Source: a virus (Duplodnaviria > Caudoviricetes). Taken from it: a stretch of DNA of 64,000 nucleotides. The position numbers and the translations under genes are program-made. The stretch covers positions 29,725 to 93,724 of IMG/VR virus record IMGVR_UViG_2856626968_000003; one strand, given 5' to 3'. Positions 37,501-47,244 of this stretch are shown piece by piece. The notes under the pieces are model-generated. The model worked only from the letters and a program-made list of their open reading frames with translations. It had not been told where the DNA came from and did no database searches. Position 1 is the first letter of the stretch; the number at the start of each line of letters is the position of its first letter.

Positions 37501-39709
37501 AGACCAGTTGCAGGGGAAATTCAGTCTCCTCGATGGGCGAGGACTTGAGGGCATCGGCGACGTCGTCCAGCGGATGTCCTCGGAGCACTGGTGGGACGAG
37601 CTCGACACCCAGATCGGCGGATTCGCCAACAGGCTGGGCGGCGAGGTCGGAGTATCCCTCGACCACGGCGCGAAGCGGGTCGAGAACCTCGACCAGGCCC
37701 TGGCGAACATGGTGGCGTCCGGCCAGTCACAGGAGGCCGCGAAGCTTTTCGCCGGGATCACCAAGCAGGCGCAGGACGCCGGGACACCCCTGTCCAAACT
37801 GCGTGATCTTTTCCCGCAGTACACCGACGTCGTGAGTAAGTCCGTGCAGCCCACCGACGCTGCTGCTGGCGCCATCGATGGCGCGAATAAGAAGCTCAGC
37901 GATTTCTCCACCTCGCTGGGGCTCTTCTCTCAGAACACCGATGCAGCGCGCGCTCTGCAAGAGCTGAAGGGGGACTACGACCAGGTCAAGGAGGCGATCG
38001 ACCGCGCCAACGGGAAACTCGACCTGAACAAGGCCAAGACCGACGCCGAGCGGGACGCGATCATCCGGGCGCGCGATCAGTTCTCCGGGTACATCGGCAA
38101 GGTCGACGAAGCAGCGCGCAAGCAGGCCGATCTCGCGAGAAACACCGGCGACGCGGCGGGGGCGGCTGACCGGTCGAAGGAAGCCATCCTGCGTCAGCTG
38201 CCGAAACTCTTCGAGTTGGCCGGCAAGTCCAAGGACGCCAAGGACCAGGTCTACAACCTGGCCAAGCAGTACGGAATCAGCAAGGAGCAGGCCGACAAGG
38301 CGACCAAGTCCGCCAAGGACCTGCGGGACATGATCGCGCAGCTCAGATCCAAGGAACTCACGATCTTCGTGAAGACCGAGTACCAGGACGACCTGAGCAG
38401 GCAGGCCCTGCGCGACGCCAACAACGCCAACAAGACGGTCAAGAACAAGGCCGACGGCGGCATCGTCCGGTTCGGCGACGGCGGGGTCGCGCACTTCGCC
38501 GGCGGCGCGGAGAACCATGTCGCCGAGATCGCCCAACCCGGGACGATCCGCGTGTGGAATGAACCGGAAACGCAGGGCGAAGGCTACATTCCGCTCGCGC
38601 AGTCCAAGAGGCAGCGCAGCACCCAGATCCTCGGGGTGATCGCCGACGAGTTCGGCTACCAGCTGCTGCCGAAGAAGCTCGCGATCGTGGCGGCGGCCAA
38701 CGGCCTGGTGGCCGGCGCGTCGACGCCGGTGATGTCCACCGGTTCGGCGACCGGCGGGCTGCGGGTGACCATCGACAACCTGGGCGCTATGACCGCGGGC
38801 CTGGACCAGGTGAGCAGCGGTCTCAACGAGAGGCTCGCCGGGGCGACGGGCCTGCTGTCGGCGACGATCGGGGAAACCGGCACGCTGACCCGGACGATCT
38901 CCTCGGCGGGGCAGGCCGCCGGAAAGGTCGCCACCGCCACCGGGCAAGCGGCCAGCACCACCACGTCCGGCACGGCCAAGCTCACCACGGCGATCAGCAG
39001 TCTCACCAAGGCGATCACCAGCCTGACCGCCGCAGTGTCCAAGGCCGGTTCGCTGGCCAGCAACGGCGGAGGGACGAGCATCAAGGCCCCCGCCAAGAAG
39101 ACCACCACCACGACCACGAGGAAGACCACCAAGACCAGCACGAAGCCGCCGCCGCGCACCGACCCGAACGACGTCACCTACGACCGCGGGCCGAAGCCGA
39201 AGAAGCCCAGCAACACTGGCCACCTGTCCGCCGAGCTGAAACCCAAGCCCAAGCCCACCAACCAGATCGACGGGTACTCGGGCGGCGACTCGGGGTCGAT
39301 CGTGGGTGCAGCCGCGTACGCCGGGGCGCTGGCCGGGGTGGGTGGCGCGGCGGGTCTGATCGGGCAGTCGGCCGGGCGGGCGTTCGGCTCGGTGGTCGCC
39401 GCGTCTGCGGCGCAGGTGTCTCGGTCGCTGCCTCTGAACGGCACGGGGTCGGGCGGCACCCAGCCGCGCCGGTCAGCGCAGCGGTCGGCGCCGCAGATGG
39501 GCGGCGGCGGGGCGTACTACTCCGGCGTGGCCGCGGCCCCGGCCGGGTCGGAGATGGGCCCCCGCGGCGCCAACCTGGCACGTGATGCTGCCGGCGCGAG
39601 CGCGCCGCAGCAGGGTCCGGCGCTGCTCGTGGAGAACTACTTCGAGTCGCCTCGCGGCTCGGTGCGGGAGACAGCTGAGGAGCTGTCCTATCTGGGTCGC
39701 CGCGGGTGA
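34526..39709 (+). CDS. Tape measure protein
   Basis: 1727 aa, Ala-rich coiled coil; ADGG...EPETQGEGYIPL motif; follows the tail chaperones. Confidence 0.92.
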   Translation: MADRTLTTRLRLDVSQFVAGESKAKGSLNDLNRQFAQTAGAAEGFRKRLEGAFKRLPDIKINADSLPAEVKIAELRGKLQALADQKIGVDVDPSAALVQMAAIQAELESIQNDTSFEIRADIGKALADLESVVREAQRLDETVVQVPVEVEVRGGAFAERLRAQVDAAARSLPKIPLNADSSAAQRQIADLRVRLETLGSKRVGIDIDAAGALAEVRAIQAELGRVDGESATIDIRADAAAAAAALAAVSAEVSRLDGRTANARVNVDVAGALASLRMVAAAIAGLAAVPALSSLAFGAAGLGAAFGAAGAGAAGFAAVAVPSLGRVNEALTEQENASRSAGGAGKSLAASQAEAAARALQLAEAQNRVRDAATAVAQAKRALKGAIDDVTRAQEDEARAADDLARTAEDGARRHAEALRQVQDAERAVGDAQRDVLRAQQDLNEARRQAVRDAEDLSNRLTDTQLDQRQAVLDLEQAQAQLNATLRDPRATARDKERAQLGYDRAVQRLKELELQLQRVQAEQAESDTKGVEGSGRVQNAKDALEVANRRLEQSERNLADARANVARVDEENARRVGDAQRQVADAHRRVADAQAKVVDAQERLVKSHREAEMAARRLKLEQLQAKAAMEQSGGAAGGAITKMSQLSKAERDLAKDITAFKKSYEEWQKSLQPDVFPVISKGLDLVGSALPKLDPLVRGAATGFSLLEYHAETALANPFWDRFIARLSLEIPGAIDDFGVAALNVGQGAAGMIQAFLPYAGDLRDWVVDITRRFADWGTNLENSPGFKAFIAYAQENLPKVQTIFENIGIAVGKILQAAAAPGQGALDFLVGLSDKLAAMSPEQIQAIAGGVGAIFAAAKLGTTIKLGGFLLLADLLSKMSPGQIQAAALAIAGVMLAVKGYQTVTGVIGFFQGLRGEVGKAGDAAGTARGKFSGLGDVLKGAGMATAITGLALGVGMLDSELSGLNVNLPNFTRHLGDFVNGGKPAADVVDQLQGKFSLLDGRGLEGIGDVVQRMSSEHWWDELDTQIGGFANRLGGEVGVSLDHGAKRVENLDQALANMVASGQSQEAAKLFAGITKQAQDAGTPLSKLRDLFPQYTDVVSKSVQPTDAAAGAIDGANKKLSDFSTSLGLFSQNTDAARALQELKGDYDQVKEAIDRANGKLDLNKAKTDAERDAIIRARDQFSGYIGKVDEAARKQADLARNTGDAAGAADRSKEAILRQLPKLFELAGKSKDAKDQVYNLAKQYGISKEQADKATKSAKDLRDMIAQLRSKELTIFVKTEYQDDLSRQALRDANNANKTVKNKADGGIVRFGDGGVAHFAGGAENHVAEIAQPGTIRVWNEPETQGEGYIPLAQSKRQRSTQILGVIADEFGYQLLPKKLAIVAAANGLVAGASTPVMSTGSATGGLRVTIDNLGAMTAGLDQVSSGLNERLAGATGLLSATIGETGTLTRTISSAGQAAGKVATATGQAASTTTSGTAKLTTAISSLTKAITSLTAAVSKAGSLASNGGGTSIKAPAKKTTTTTTRKTTKTSTKPPPRTDPNDVTYDRGPKPKKPSNTGHLSAELKPKPKPTNQIDGYSGGDSGSIVGAAAYAGALAGVGGAAGLIGQSAGRAFGSVVAASAAQVSRSLPLNGTGSGGTQPRRSAQRSAPQMGGGGAYYSGVAAAPAGSEMGPRGANLARDAAGASAPQQGPALLVENYFESPRGSVRETAEELSYLGRRG

Positions 39710-39766
39710 GCTGCGGTGGCCCAGCCGCGTTCCGCCATCTCACTGCTCACGGAGGCATGCATTCGA

Positions 39767-39952
39767 ATGTCCGAAATCGATCTCGACGAGACCGCCTGGG
39801 ATGAGTCGTGCGGGCTGACCTACGCCGAGTGGCTGCAGGCCAAGAACGTGCGGCCGATCCGTCACGGCCAGTCGATCAGCGAGACCACCCCGCAGGGCCA
39901 CGTGATCACCCGGCACGCCGACGGCCGCCAGGACGTCACCGTCAATCTCTGA
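39767..39952 (+). CDS. Hypothetical protein
   Basis: GGAGG upstream; operon position. Confidence 0.45.
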   Translation: MSEIDLDETAWDESCGLTYAEWLQAKNVRPIRHGQSISETTPQGHVITRHADGRQDVTVNL

Positions 39953-39964
39953 TGAGGAGGCCTG

Positions 39965-40432
39965 GTGGCTGGTCTTGACCGCGATGGCACGTTCGTCGAC
40001 ACCGTCTTGAAGGGGTGGAACGGTGGCCACGTCCTGAATCTGGCTGGGGTGTCGCTCCGGCTCGCCCTCTACACCAGCGCCCTAAGCGCGAACTTCTCGC
40101 AGGTCAACCCCGTCTACAACGTCGCGCCTCTCAATGTCGGCGAGGTCGTGGGGCCGGGATATGACCCGGGTGGGAAACCGCTGACGCAGGTGATCGCCGA
40201 GTCCGGCACCGCCCCGGGGACGATCAAGTTCACCGCGTCGCCGCTTGCGTGGCCGTCGGCTTCGTTCATCGCGCGCGGCTATCTGATCTACATCTCCAGC
40301 ATGGCGAACAAGGCGTTCCAGGTGCGCTGCTTCGGGGTTGACCTGCCCGTTCAGGACGGGACGTTCACGCTCAACTTCCACGTCAACGGCATCTGGTCCG
40401 TGCCTTTGGTCGGGCCCGTCGTGGCGCTTTGA
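39965..40432 (+). CDS. Minor tail protein
   Basis: LRLALYTS...EV.G.GY..GGK.L...W.SAS..ARG..IY...FG......GTFTL. Confidence 0.7.
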   Translation: MAGLDRDGTFVDTVLKGWNGGHVLNLAGVSLRLALYTSALSANFSQVNPVYNVAPLNVGEVVGPGYDPGGKPLTQVIAESGTAPGTIKFTASPLAWPSASFIARGYLIYISSMANKAFQVRCFGVDLPVQDGTFTLNFHVNGIWSVPLVGPVVAL

Positions 40433-40497
40433 CCTCCGTCCCAGCACCGTCCCGCCCTCGGCATCCTGCCGGGGGTTTCGCATGTAGAGGGGGCCTC

Positions 40498-40971
40498 GTG
40501 GCCAAGTCGGGCTACAGCATCACCACCGGCAGCACGGTCAGCCTGACCGCTCTTACGCCGCGCAGCGTGCTGGGCGTCAAGGCGGGCGCCCAGTTCGGCG
40601 CGGACTTGAAGAAGTTCCGGATCGGCTTCGAGGGCACCCTGCCGACGGCGGCCGTGGTGCTGGTCGAGGTGTGCGCCGCGACGTTCATCACCAACGCGCC
40701 GAGCTCTGCTTCCACCACGGTCAATGTCAACCAGGCGTACGGCCGGCTGCCGGGTACCGGGTTCTCGGCCGCCAAGGCGTGGACGAGCGAGCCGACCATA
40801 CTTACGCCACTGGAGGAGTATCCGATCACCCCGTTCGCAGGGCTGCTGCCGTACGACTTTCCGCTCGGTGACACCCCCGACTCTGCACTCGGTGAGGGGT
40901 TCGTCATCCGGGTCACCTCCCCAGCAGGGCCCCTGAACTGCCGCGCCTCGGCCTGGTTCGAGCGGTGCTAG
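40498..40971 (+). CDS. Minor tail / virion protein
   Basis: Tail-module position; beta-rich. Confidence 0.55.
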   Translation: MAKSGYSITTGSTVSLTALTPRSVLGVKAGAQFGADLKKFRIGFEGTLPTAAVVLVEVCAATFITNAPSSASTTVNVNQAYGRLPGTGFSAAKAWTSEPTILTPLEEYPITPFAGLLPYDFPLGDTPDSALGEGFVIRVTSPAGPLNCRASAWFERC

Positions 40972-40975
40972 GCAA

Positions 40976-41644
40976 GTGACCACCCTCCGTAATTCCTTCG
41001 ACGGAGGCGTCGATGGCTCGGTGATCACTGTGGCGGGGTCGGGAGGGGCCAGCGGGGACCCGCTCGGCTACGTCAGCGGGTCCGTCGTCTACTCCTCCAC
41101 TCACGCCCACTCCGGGACGCTGAGCGCCAAGCTCCCGGCCGCCGGGTTCCGGTCGGTGGGGCATGAGCTCCCGGCGCCGGCCTTCTGGATCCGGTTCTAT
41201 GCCTGGTTGCAGGGGCACTACACCGGGTCGCTGGTGCGGCTGTGGACCGGTCTGGACGCCTCGGGGACCTACAGCGGCGGCATCAATACCCGAGCGGACG
41301 GCACCCTGGACCTGATCTGCGGTGGCGCCACAGTCAATCTCTCCGGGACGGTCCCGCTGAACGCGTGGGTGCGCCTGGAGGGCTTCTGGTCGACCACCGG
41401 CGGGGCTGAGTTGCGCCGCTACAACAGTCCCGAGAGTCTCACCGTTTCGGGCTCCGTGACCACGGCGGCCAACCTGGCGGGATCTGTCTCCACGCAGGAG
41501 GTGGTCCGGGTTTCGGTCGCCACGGACGCGTACCTGGACGACTTCGATGTGAGCTCGGACGGGTGGATCGGGCCCACGAACATCGACATGCCGCCACGTC
41601 CCGTGTTTCTGCGGTCTGCCGTCCACAGGGCGGCGTCCTGGTAG
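40976..41644 (+). CDS. Minor tail protein with lectin-like beta-sandwich
   Basis: AHSGTLS, VPLNAWVRLE, YLDDF...WIGP. Confidence 0.6.
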   Translation: MTTLRNSFDGGVDGSVITVAGSGGASGDPLGYVSGSVVYSSTHAHSGTLSAKLPAAGFRSVGHELPAPAFWIRFYAWLQGHYTGSLVRLWTGLDASGTYSGGINTRADGTLDLICGGATVNLSGTVPLNAWVRLEGFWSTTGGAELRRYNSPESLTVSGSVTTAANLAGSVSTQEVVRVSVATDAYLDDFDVSSDGWIGPTNIDMPPRPVFLRSAVHRAASW

Positions 41645-41655
41645 GGAGGTAGCTG

Positions 41656-42648
41656 GTGGCTCGTCTCGGCCGCGGCATCCCGGTCCGGCAGGTCGTCCGC
41701 CGGCCGCCGCTCGTCAGCTACGACGCTGAGGCTGCTCTCCCGCCGTTCGAGACACCGTTTCGGTATCCGCGTGACCAGCAGTTCACCAGCGGGCCGTTCG
41801 TCACGCCGTTCATCTATCCACCGATGCAGGTCAGCGCGCCGCACATCCCCGGGTCGCTGATCACGAGAGACGGCGAGATCGAGTGGAACGGCATGCTGTG
41901 GTCGCCGTCCAACCAGTACCGCCCATCGCCGAAGCTGACCGGCTGGGACAGCATCAAGCTCAGCAACGGCAACGTGGAGCGCGGCTCGCGGCATGGCGCG
42001 TGGCCTGGGCGCAAGCTCGCCGGCCAGCGCATCGTCAACGCCACCGTCCAGCTCAACGACGACTCGCCGACGTTCCAGGACTCGCTGGACGCGATGATCA
42101 ACTCGTGGGCGCCGCCGGACGGTGCCGAGGAGTACCCGCTTGCGATCCGGACCCGTGGCAAGGTGCTGATCGCCTTCGGCGCGATCATCCAGGCCGACGC
42201 GCCACCGGACCTGTTCGGTATCGGCGTCTCCAACATCCTCATCCAGTGGGCCTGCAGCGACCCCAGGCGGTTCGGCACCGACTTCAACGCCGTACGCCTG
42301 GACCTTGCCGGTGGCACGCTGACCAACCCCGGCAACGCCCCCGCGAGCCCGCGGTTCCGCTTCCACGGCCCCGTCACCACCCCGCGCATCCAGCTCGCTG
42401 ACCGGATCCTGGCGTTCAACGTCGCGATCGGCACCGGCGAGCGGCTCGACGTCGACACCGCCAACGGCGACCTGGGCGTGTACAACACTCCCGGCACGGT
42501 GCAGCTCGCCGACTACGTCCGCCTCGACGCCTTCAGCGTCCCCGTCGAGCGGCTCACCCTCCCTGGTGGCACCTGGCCGATCCAGTACATCCCCGACGCC
42601 GGCGGGGCCGGCGGGTTCGACGTCTTCTGGCGCAGCACGTGGTGGTAG
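41656..42648 (+). CDS. Distal tail (Dit-like) protein
   Basis: LTGWD...HGAWPG...QW.CSDPRRF...N.GN....P.....GP...P. Confidence 0.75.
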   Translation: MARLGRGIPVRQVVRRPPLVSYDAEAALPPFETPFRYPRDQQFTSGPFVTPFIYPPMQVSAPHIPGSLITRDGEIEWNGMLWSPSNQYRPSPKLTGWDSIKLSNGNVERGSRHGAWPGRKLAGQRIVNATVQLNDDSPTFQDSLDAMINSWAPPDGAEEYPLAIRTRGKVLIAFGAIIQADAPPDLFGIGVSNILIQWACSDPRRFGTDFNAVRLDLAGGTLTNPGNAPASPRFRFHGPVTTPRIQLADRILAFNVAIGTGERLDVDTANGDLGVYNTPGTVQLADYVRLDAFSVPVERLTLPGGTWPIQYIPDAGGAGGFDVFWRSTWW

Positions 42649-42684
42649 TCCGCCCCGGCTTGGACTGGGAGACGGGGGCGAGGC

Positions 42685-43836
42685 GTGGCCGTCCCCTACC
42701 GGTACCTGATCTGCGACTTGCTGACCGACCGCGAGGTCGCCGACGTCGAGTTCGACAACGTCACCTACGACCATCGGATCAACATGCCGGGTGTTTTCAC
42801 CGGCAAACTGGAGCTCGCGGACCTGCGGCTGTCGAAGTTGTGGAACCGCGTCATGCCGCGGGACACCGGCGACCGGTCCAGCGGCGTCGGCCGGCACATC
42901 ATCCACGTCATCCGCGGCGATGACCTGTGGGGGTCGTACTGGCTGTGGTACGGCAAAGTGTCTCAACAGGGCGGCCAGGCCCCCGTGGCCGACGTCAAGG
43001 GCATGAGCCTGGACGGGTTCATGCAACAGGTCGAGATCCAGGCGGACCTGTCCTACATCGGCCTGGATCAAATCGAGATCGCCCGCCAGCTCGTCGGGCA
43101 CATGCAATCCGACCCGCGAGCGGACCTGGGCATCCTGCTCCCGGCCGGGGACACCGGCGTGTTGCAGGACCTGATCATCGCCGCCACCGACAACGCCCGC
43201 TACGGGCAGAAGCTGCAGGAACTCGCCAACGCGCAGAACGGCTTCCAGTACCGGATCAACACCCGCATCGCCGGACGCGCGCGCGTGCGGGAGCTGGTGT
43301 ACGGCTACCCGACGCTCGGGAAGGTCAACACACGCCACGATTACTCCCAGCCGGGCAACGTGCTGTCCTGGTCTGAAGAGGTGGACGCGACCCGGGGCGG
43401 TACCCGGTGGCGCGCCCAGGGCGCCTCGACGTCCAACGATCTGTCGCTTGCATCGGGGCCGCTGGTATCGCAGGTCGCCGAGGCGACCGAGCACCTGAAC
43501 GACGGCTGGCCCCGGATCGACCGCACAGCGTCCTACCCCGACGTCCGTGACCTGCCCACCCTCAACGCGTTCGCGCAGTTCTGGGCCGCGACCGCGCCCG
43601 GGGTGACCCGGGTCTACACCACCACGGTGCAACTGCCGGACAACCCGACACTCACCCCGCACGATCTCGGCGACACTGCCGCCTTGCGTCTGGTCAACGA
43701 ACGCTATCCCGAGGTCGACGGCGTGGCCTCGTTCGTCCGTGACTGGCCGGTCGTCGGGCTCGAGGTGCGCCCACCGCGGCGCGACAACGATGTCGAGGAG
43801 GCCACGCTGATCTACGGGGGCAGCAATGGCGGTTAG
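42685..43836 (+). CDS. Baseplate hub / Tal-like minor tail protein
   Basis: YRYLICDLLT, DQIEIARQLV, GWPR.D, LGD. Confidence 0.75.
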   Translation: MAVPYRYLICDLLTDREVADVEFDNVTYDHRINMPGVFTGKLELADLRLSKLWNRVMPRDTGDRSSGVGRHIIHVIRGDDLWGSYWLWYGKVSQQGGQAPVADVKGMSLDGFMQQVEIQADLSYIGLDQIEIARQLVGHMQSDPRADLGILLPAGDTGVLQDLIIAATDNARYGQKLQELANAQNGFQYRINTRIAGRARVRELVYGYPTLGKVNTRHDYSQPGNVLSWSEEVDATRGGTRWRAQGASTSNDLSLASGPLVSQVAEATEHLNDGWPRIDRTASYPDVRDLPTLNAFAQFWAATAPGVTRVYTTTVQLPDNPTLTPHDLGDTAALRLVNERYPEVDGVASFVRDWPVVGLEVRPPRRDNDVEEATLIYGGSNGG

Positions 43837-44560
43837 CTACCCGATGGACTTGCCCGACCGGGTGCAGGTGCTGGAACGGATGCTGCAGCTGCTGATGGCG
43901 GCCGCACAGACCCGCCCGGCGCTGGATCAGATCAGCGGAGGCAAGCTTCAGATCGGCGCCGATGGCGGTCCGCGGATCGTCCTGGCCATCGGCGAGGACG
44001 GTCTCCCGGAGCTGCGGTTCTACCCCGACAGCGGGACCAGCTACGCGCGGATCGTCGCAGGCAGCGACGGTGGGGCGACCGGGATCGGCATGATCGGCGA
44101 AGCGGGGACGGCAGGCAACAAGTTCCAAGTGCTGCACCGGGCCGACACCTACCAGGTACTGCACATGGGTGCGGTCGCTGACCAGGCTGACGGCGGCATG
44201 CTGCAGCTCGGCGTCGACTTCGCCGCCTCAGGGTACTTCGGCACGGCCGACCAGTTTCAGAACTACTGGTACCACCAGGCCGACAGAACATCGCTCGTGG
44301 GCCGGTTCGCGAACAACAGCGCGAACTCGTACTGGGGCATGATCGTCGGTGGTGTGACGGTCGGCTCGGGCGGGTCCGGCGGGATCGTCACCTACGGGCC
44401 GACGATGGCGAGCACGATGCGGCCGGTGGCTTGCGTCCGCGACGGCGCCGCCACCCCCAACTTCACCTGGTGCGTCACCGCCAGCTCGACGACCGGGTTC
44501 ACTGTGAGCTGGAGCAACAGCACCGGCAAAGAGATCGATTACTGCAGCTTCCGCACATGA
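43826..44560 (+). CDS. Minor tail / fiber protein
   Basis: N-terminal coiled segment; C-terminal V...STTGFTV motif. Confidence 0.6.
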   Translation: MAVSYPMDLPDRVQVLERMLQLLMAAAQTRPALDQISGGKLQIGADGGPRIVLAIGEDGLPELRFYPDSGTSYARIVAGSDGGATGIGMIGEAGTAGNKFQVLHRADTYQVLHMGAVADQADGGMLQLGVDFAASGYFGTADQFQNYWYHQADRTSLVGRFANNSANSYWGMIVGGVTVGSGGSGGIVTYGPTMASTMRPVACVRDGAATPNFTWCVTASSTTGFTVSWSNSTGKEIDYCSFRT

Positions 44561-44564
44561 GGAG

Positions 44565-45281
44565 GTGGCAGTGGCCGAGGAGTGGACCATCGCCGAGGTA
44601 CGGCTTAGCCCTGCCACGCAGTACGAGGTCGGGCCCGACCGCACGCTCCAGGAGGTCGCGGCGGACCGGTGGGACATCGACCTGGACACTCCGCAGGGCC
44701 GGATCACTCATTTCTTGCCGGTGTCCACCGTGGCGTGGCGGATCGCCGAGTACGGCCTGGACCCGGCCGACCCTCAGCATGTGGCGCAGGCGCTCGACAT
44801 GGCGTTGCACGAGCCGCACATCCCCCCGCCCGACCAACCGCCTCCGCAGGCCTCGGCAGTGGTGGTGTGGACGCCCCAGGGCGTGGTGGAACAGCCGACG
44901 CCGGCCGCGCAGCCGCAGGCGACGGCGACCGCGGCCGGGAACGCGGAGATGACGCTGATGACCGCAGCGTCGCTCGATGACGCCCGCCAGGCGCATCTGG
45001 CCAGGATCGAGGCGGCCAAGGAGCGGGTGCGGGTGGTGTCGCCCGTCCCGCGGGCGTCTACGGCCCGTGCTGGGCTGCGACGAACTGCGCCGGCCGCGCC
45101 GTGTCCGCTGGAGTGGATGCGAGGCCACGCGGCGTCCTGTCTCGATGTCGAGGACGTCGAGGCGAAGCGGAAGCTGGTCGAGCAGGCACGGGCCGCGTAC
45201 GCGGCGCACCACGCTGCTCCCAGCGCGCCATCTGATCAGCCGTCGGCTGTGGACGAAGTCCCGGTTCTGAGAGACGGCTGA
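44565..45281 (+). CDS. Hypothetical phage protein
   Basis: GAGGAGG RBS; WR.AEYG.DP.D...LD..LHEP. Confidence 0.6.
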   Translation: MAVAEEWTIAEVRLSPATQYEVGPDRTLQEVAADRWDIDLDTPQGRITHFLPVSTVAWRIAEYGLDPADPQHVAQALDMALHEPHIPPPDQPPPQASAVVVWTPQGVVEQPTPAAQPQATATAAGNAEMTLMTAASLDDARQAHLARIEAAKERVRVVSPVPRASTARAGLRRTAPAAPCPLEWMRGHAASCLDVEDVEAKRKLVEQARAAYAAHHAAPSAPSDQPSAVDEVPVLRDG

Positions 45282-45465
45282 GTGTGGGCCTGGCGATCGG
45301 CTCGTCGGCACTCGATCGGGTGGTGAGCCGGGCTTCGCGGTCGGCGGGGCCGTGCCGACCGTACCGCCTGGCTGGCATGGCGTCCCGCAAGCAGGCATTT
45401 CGCATCGACGTGCCGCTGCGCGGGCTCCGCCTGGCGGGTGGCACCTGACCTGGAAAGTAGGCCGA

Positions 45466-45810
45466 GTGGACCTGGCGACCATCCCGTGGGCTCAGGGATC
45501 GTTGGTCGGCATCACCTTGGCGGTGATCTTCGCCACCGTCGGCCTGGTCCTCAAGGGCGTCCTGGTCCACCGGTCGGTCGTGGACGATGTCCGCGCAGAC
45601 CGGGACGCCCGGATCGCCGAGGCCAACGAGGACGCCGAGGAGTGGCGCCGGTTATGGGAAGCGGAGCGGGAGGCCCACGAGGTGACCCGACGCGCCCACG
45701 ACGAAGAGCGCCGCGCCGAGCTGCGCGCCGCGGCCGAGGGCACGCAGCTCGCCGCGGCGCTCCTGCAGACGATTCAGACACGCCAGATCGAGGCGGGCCA
45801 TGACACGTGA
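45466..45810 (+). CDS. Lysis-cassette membrane protein (TM plus coiled coil)
   Basis: Hydrophobic N-terminus, G.LV.R motif; upstream of the endolysin. Confidence 0.6.
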   Translation: MDLATIPWAQGSLVGITLAVIFATVGLVLKGVLVHRSVVDDVRADRDARIAEANEDAEEWRRLWEAEREAHEVTRRAHDEERRAELRAAAEGTQLAAALLQTIQTRQIEAGHDT

Positions 45811-46003
45811 CGAGCAGCGGCCAGACCTGGACCAGGCGGCGCGTCTGGTCGCTGAATCCCGGCGCCGCGCCGAACAGGACGCTCGCGAAGCACGCGAGCG
45901 GGCCCGTAGCAAGTACTCGCTGGCCGCGATGTTGCGCCGCCTGCGTGAAGAGAACGGGTTCGAAGCGATCATGAACGACGCGTTCGGGGGTAGGCGTGAC
46001 TGA
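45800..46003 (+). CDS. Small lysis-cassette protein
   Basis: LRRLREEN.F...M..AF motif; coupled to its neighbours. Confidence 0.55.
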   Translation: MTRDEQRPDLDQAARLVAESRRRAEQDAREARERARSKYSLAAMLRRLREENGFEAIMNDAFGGRRD

Positions 46004-46322
46004 CGCGATGTACGCCGTGGGCACCGTGCTGGTGGTGCTGTCGGCGGTTCTGGCCGATGCCTGCGTGGCCGCGCAGATGCTGCTGGCCCGCTGGTGGCGG
46101 ACATCCCAGGGGATCCACGTGTTCGTCTTCCAGGCGGCGCTCGGGCTGTGCCTGTCGCTGTGGGCGCTACGCCTGATCGTCCCCGACGGCGATTGGTTCC
46201 TGTTCGCTCGCACCGCCTCGTTCGCCGCGATCCCCGTGGTGCTCGCCTGGCGGCTGAGCATCATCATCCGCACCTGGCGGCAGGCGCGCCGGCAGCGAAA
46301 GGACGCCCAATATGGCCATTGA
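45996..46322 (+). CDS. Putative holin (three TM helices)
   Basis: WWRTSQG.H, three hydrophobic helices, immediately upstream of the endolysin. Confidence 0.65.
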   Translation: MTDAMYAVGTVLVVLSAVLADACVAAQMLLARWWRTSQGIHVFVFQAALGLCLSLWALRLIVPDGDWFLFARTASFAAIPVVLAWRLSIIIRTWRQARRQRKDAQYGH

Positions 46323-47157
46323 TCTGGTGACCCGCAAGGAATGGGGCGCCCGTGCGCCACGCGGGTCGTACTCGACGGTGCGATCCACCCGCGGGGTGAA
46401 GGTCCACTACACCGGCGGCCGGGTCGACCCGCGCCTAGCCGAGGACCACGACCGGTGCGTCGCCGCGGTGAAGGCCGTCCAGAACATGCACATGGATGGC
46501 AACGGCTGGCTGGACATCGCCTACTCGATGGTGGCCTGCCCGCACCGCAAGGTGTTCGTCGGACGCGGCCCGGGTCATCTGACCGCCGCCAACGGCCCCG
46601 GCCTGAACACCGGCCATTACTCGGTGCTGGGCCTGGTCGGTAACTCCGGGCTGGTCGTGCCCTCCGACGGGATGCTGCACGGCATCCTCGACGCGATCGA
46701 GTACCTGCGCGATGAGGGCGGCGCCGGCCGGGAGATCAAGGGCCACCGCGACGGCTACGCCACCGACTGCCCTGGCGGGCAGCTGTACTCCTGGGTGCGC
46801 AAGGGCGCGCCGCGGCCGGGCGCCAACAGCACGCCGGCGAAGTCCAAGCCCGAGCCGGCCCCGAAGCCGATCGAGATCGTGTGGGAGGGGGACGTGCCGC
46901 GCTGGCCGGGGCGGGTCCTGACCTACACCAAGGGCAAGCCCTACATGCAAGGCGAGGACGTCCGCGTCTGGCAGGCCAAACTGCAGAAGCGCGGCTGGTC
47001 GATCGACGTCGACGGCCTGTTCGGCGAGGAGTCGACCGCGGTGTGCCGCAACTACCAGCAGGCCACCGGGCTGATGAAGAGCGGCTCGGGCCAGGTCGAC
47101 GAGGACACCTGGAACATGTCGTGGTCCTGGCGGCCGCCGACCCCGGCGAAAAGCTGA
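46312..47157 (+). CDS. Endolysin: N-acetylmuramoyl-L-alanine amidase (Amidase_2) plus PG-binding domain
   Basis: VTRKEWGAR, VHYTG, HMDGNGWLDIAY, GHRD..ATDCPG, VDG.FG..S. Confidence 0.92.
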   Translation: MAIDLVTRKEWGARAPRGSYSTVRSTRGVKVHYTGGRVDPRLAEDHDRCVAAVKAVQNMHMDGNGWLDIAYSMVACPHRKVFVGRGPGHLTAANGPGLNTGHYSVLGLVGNSGLVVPSDGMLHGILDAIEYLRDEGGAGREIKGHRDGYATDCPGGQLYSWVRKGAPRPGANSTPAKSKPEPAPKPIEIVWEGDVPRWPGRVLTYTKGKPYMQGEDVRVWQAKLQKRGWSIDVDGLFGEESTAVCRNYQQATGLMKSGSGQVDEDTWNMSWSWRPPTPAKS

Positions 47158-47244
47158 GCTCGTCAACTTCCGTCAGCATCCGTCAACCCTCGACCAGCCC
47201 AACGCGGCTGGTTCTTCTGCTTTCCGACCCAGATCAGGAGAACA

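Noticed and set aside
39070-39270. Lys/Thr/Pro-rich low-complexity tract near the TMP C-terminus
   Set aside because: It is an in-frame flexible linker with no evidence of a separate element
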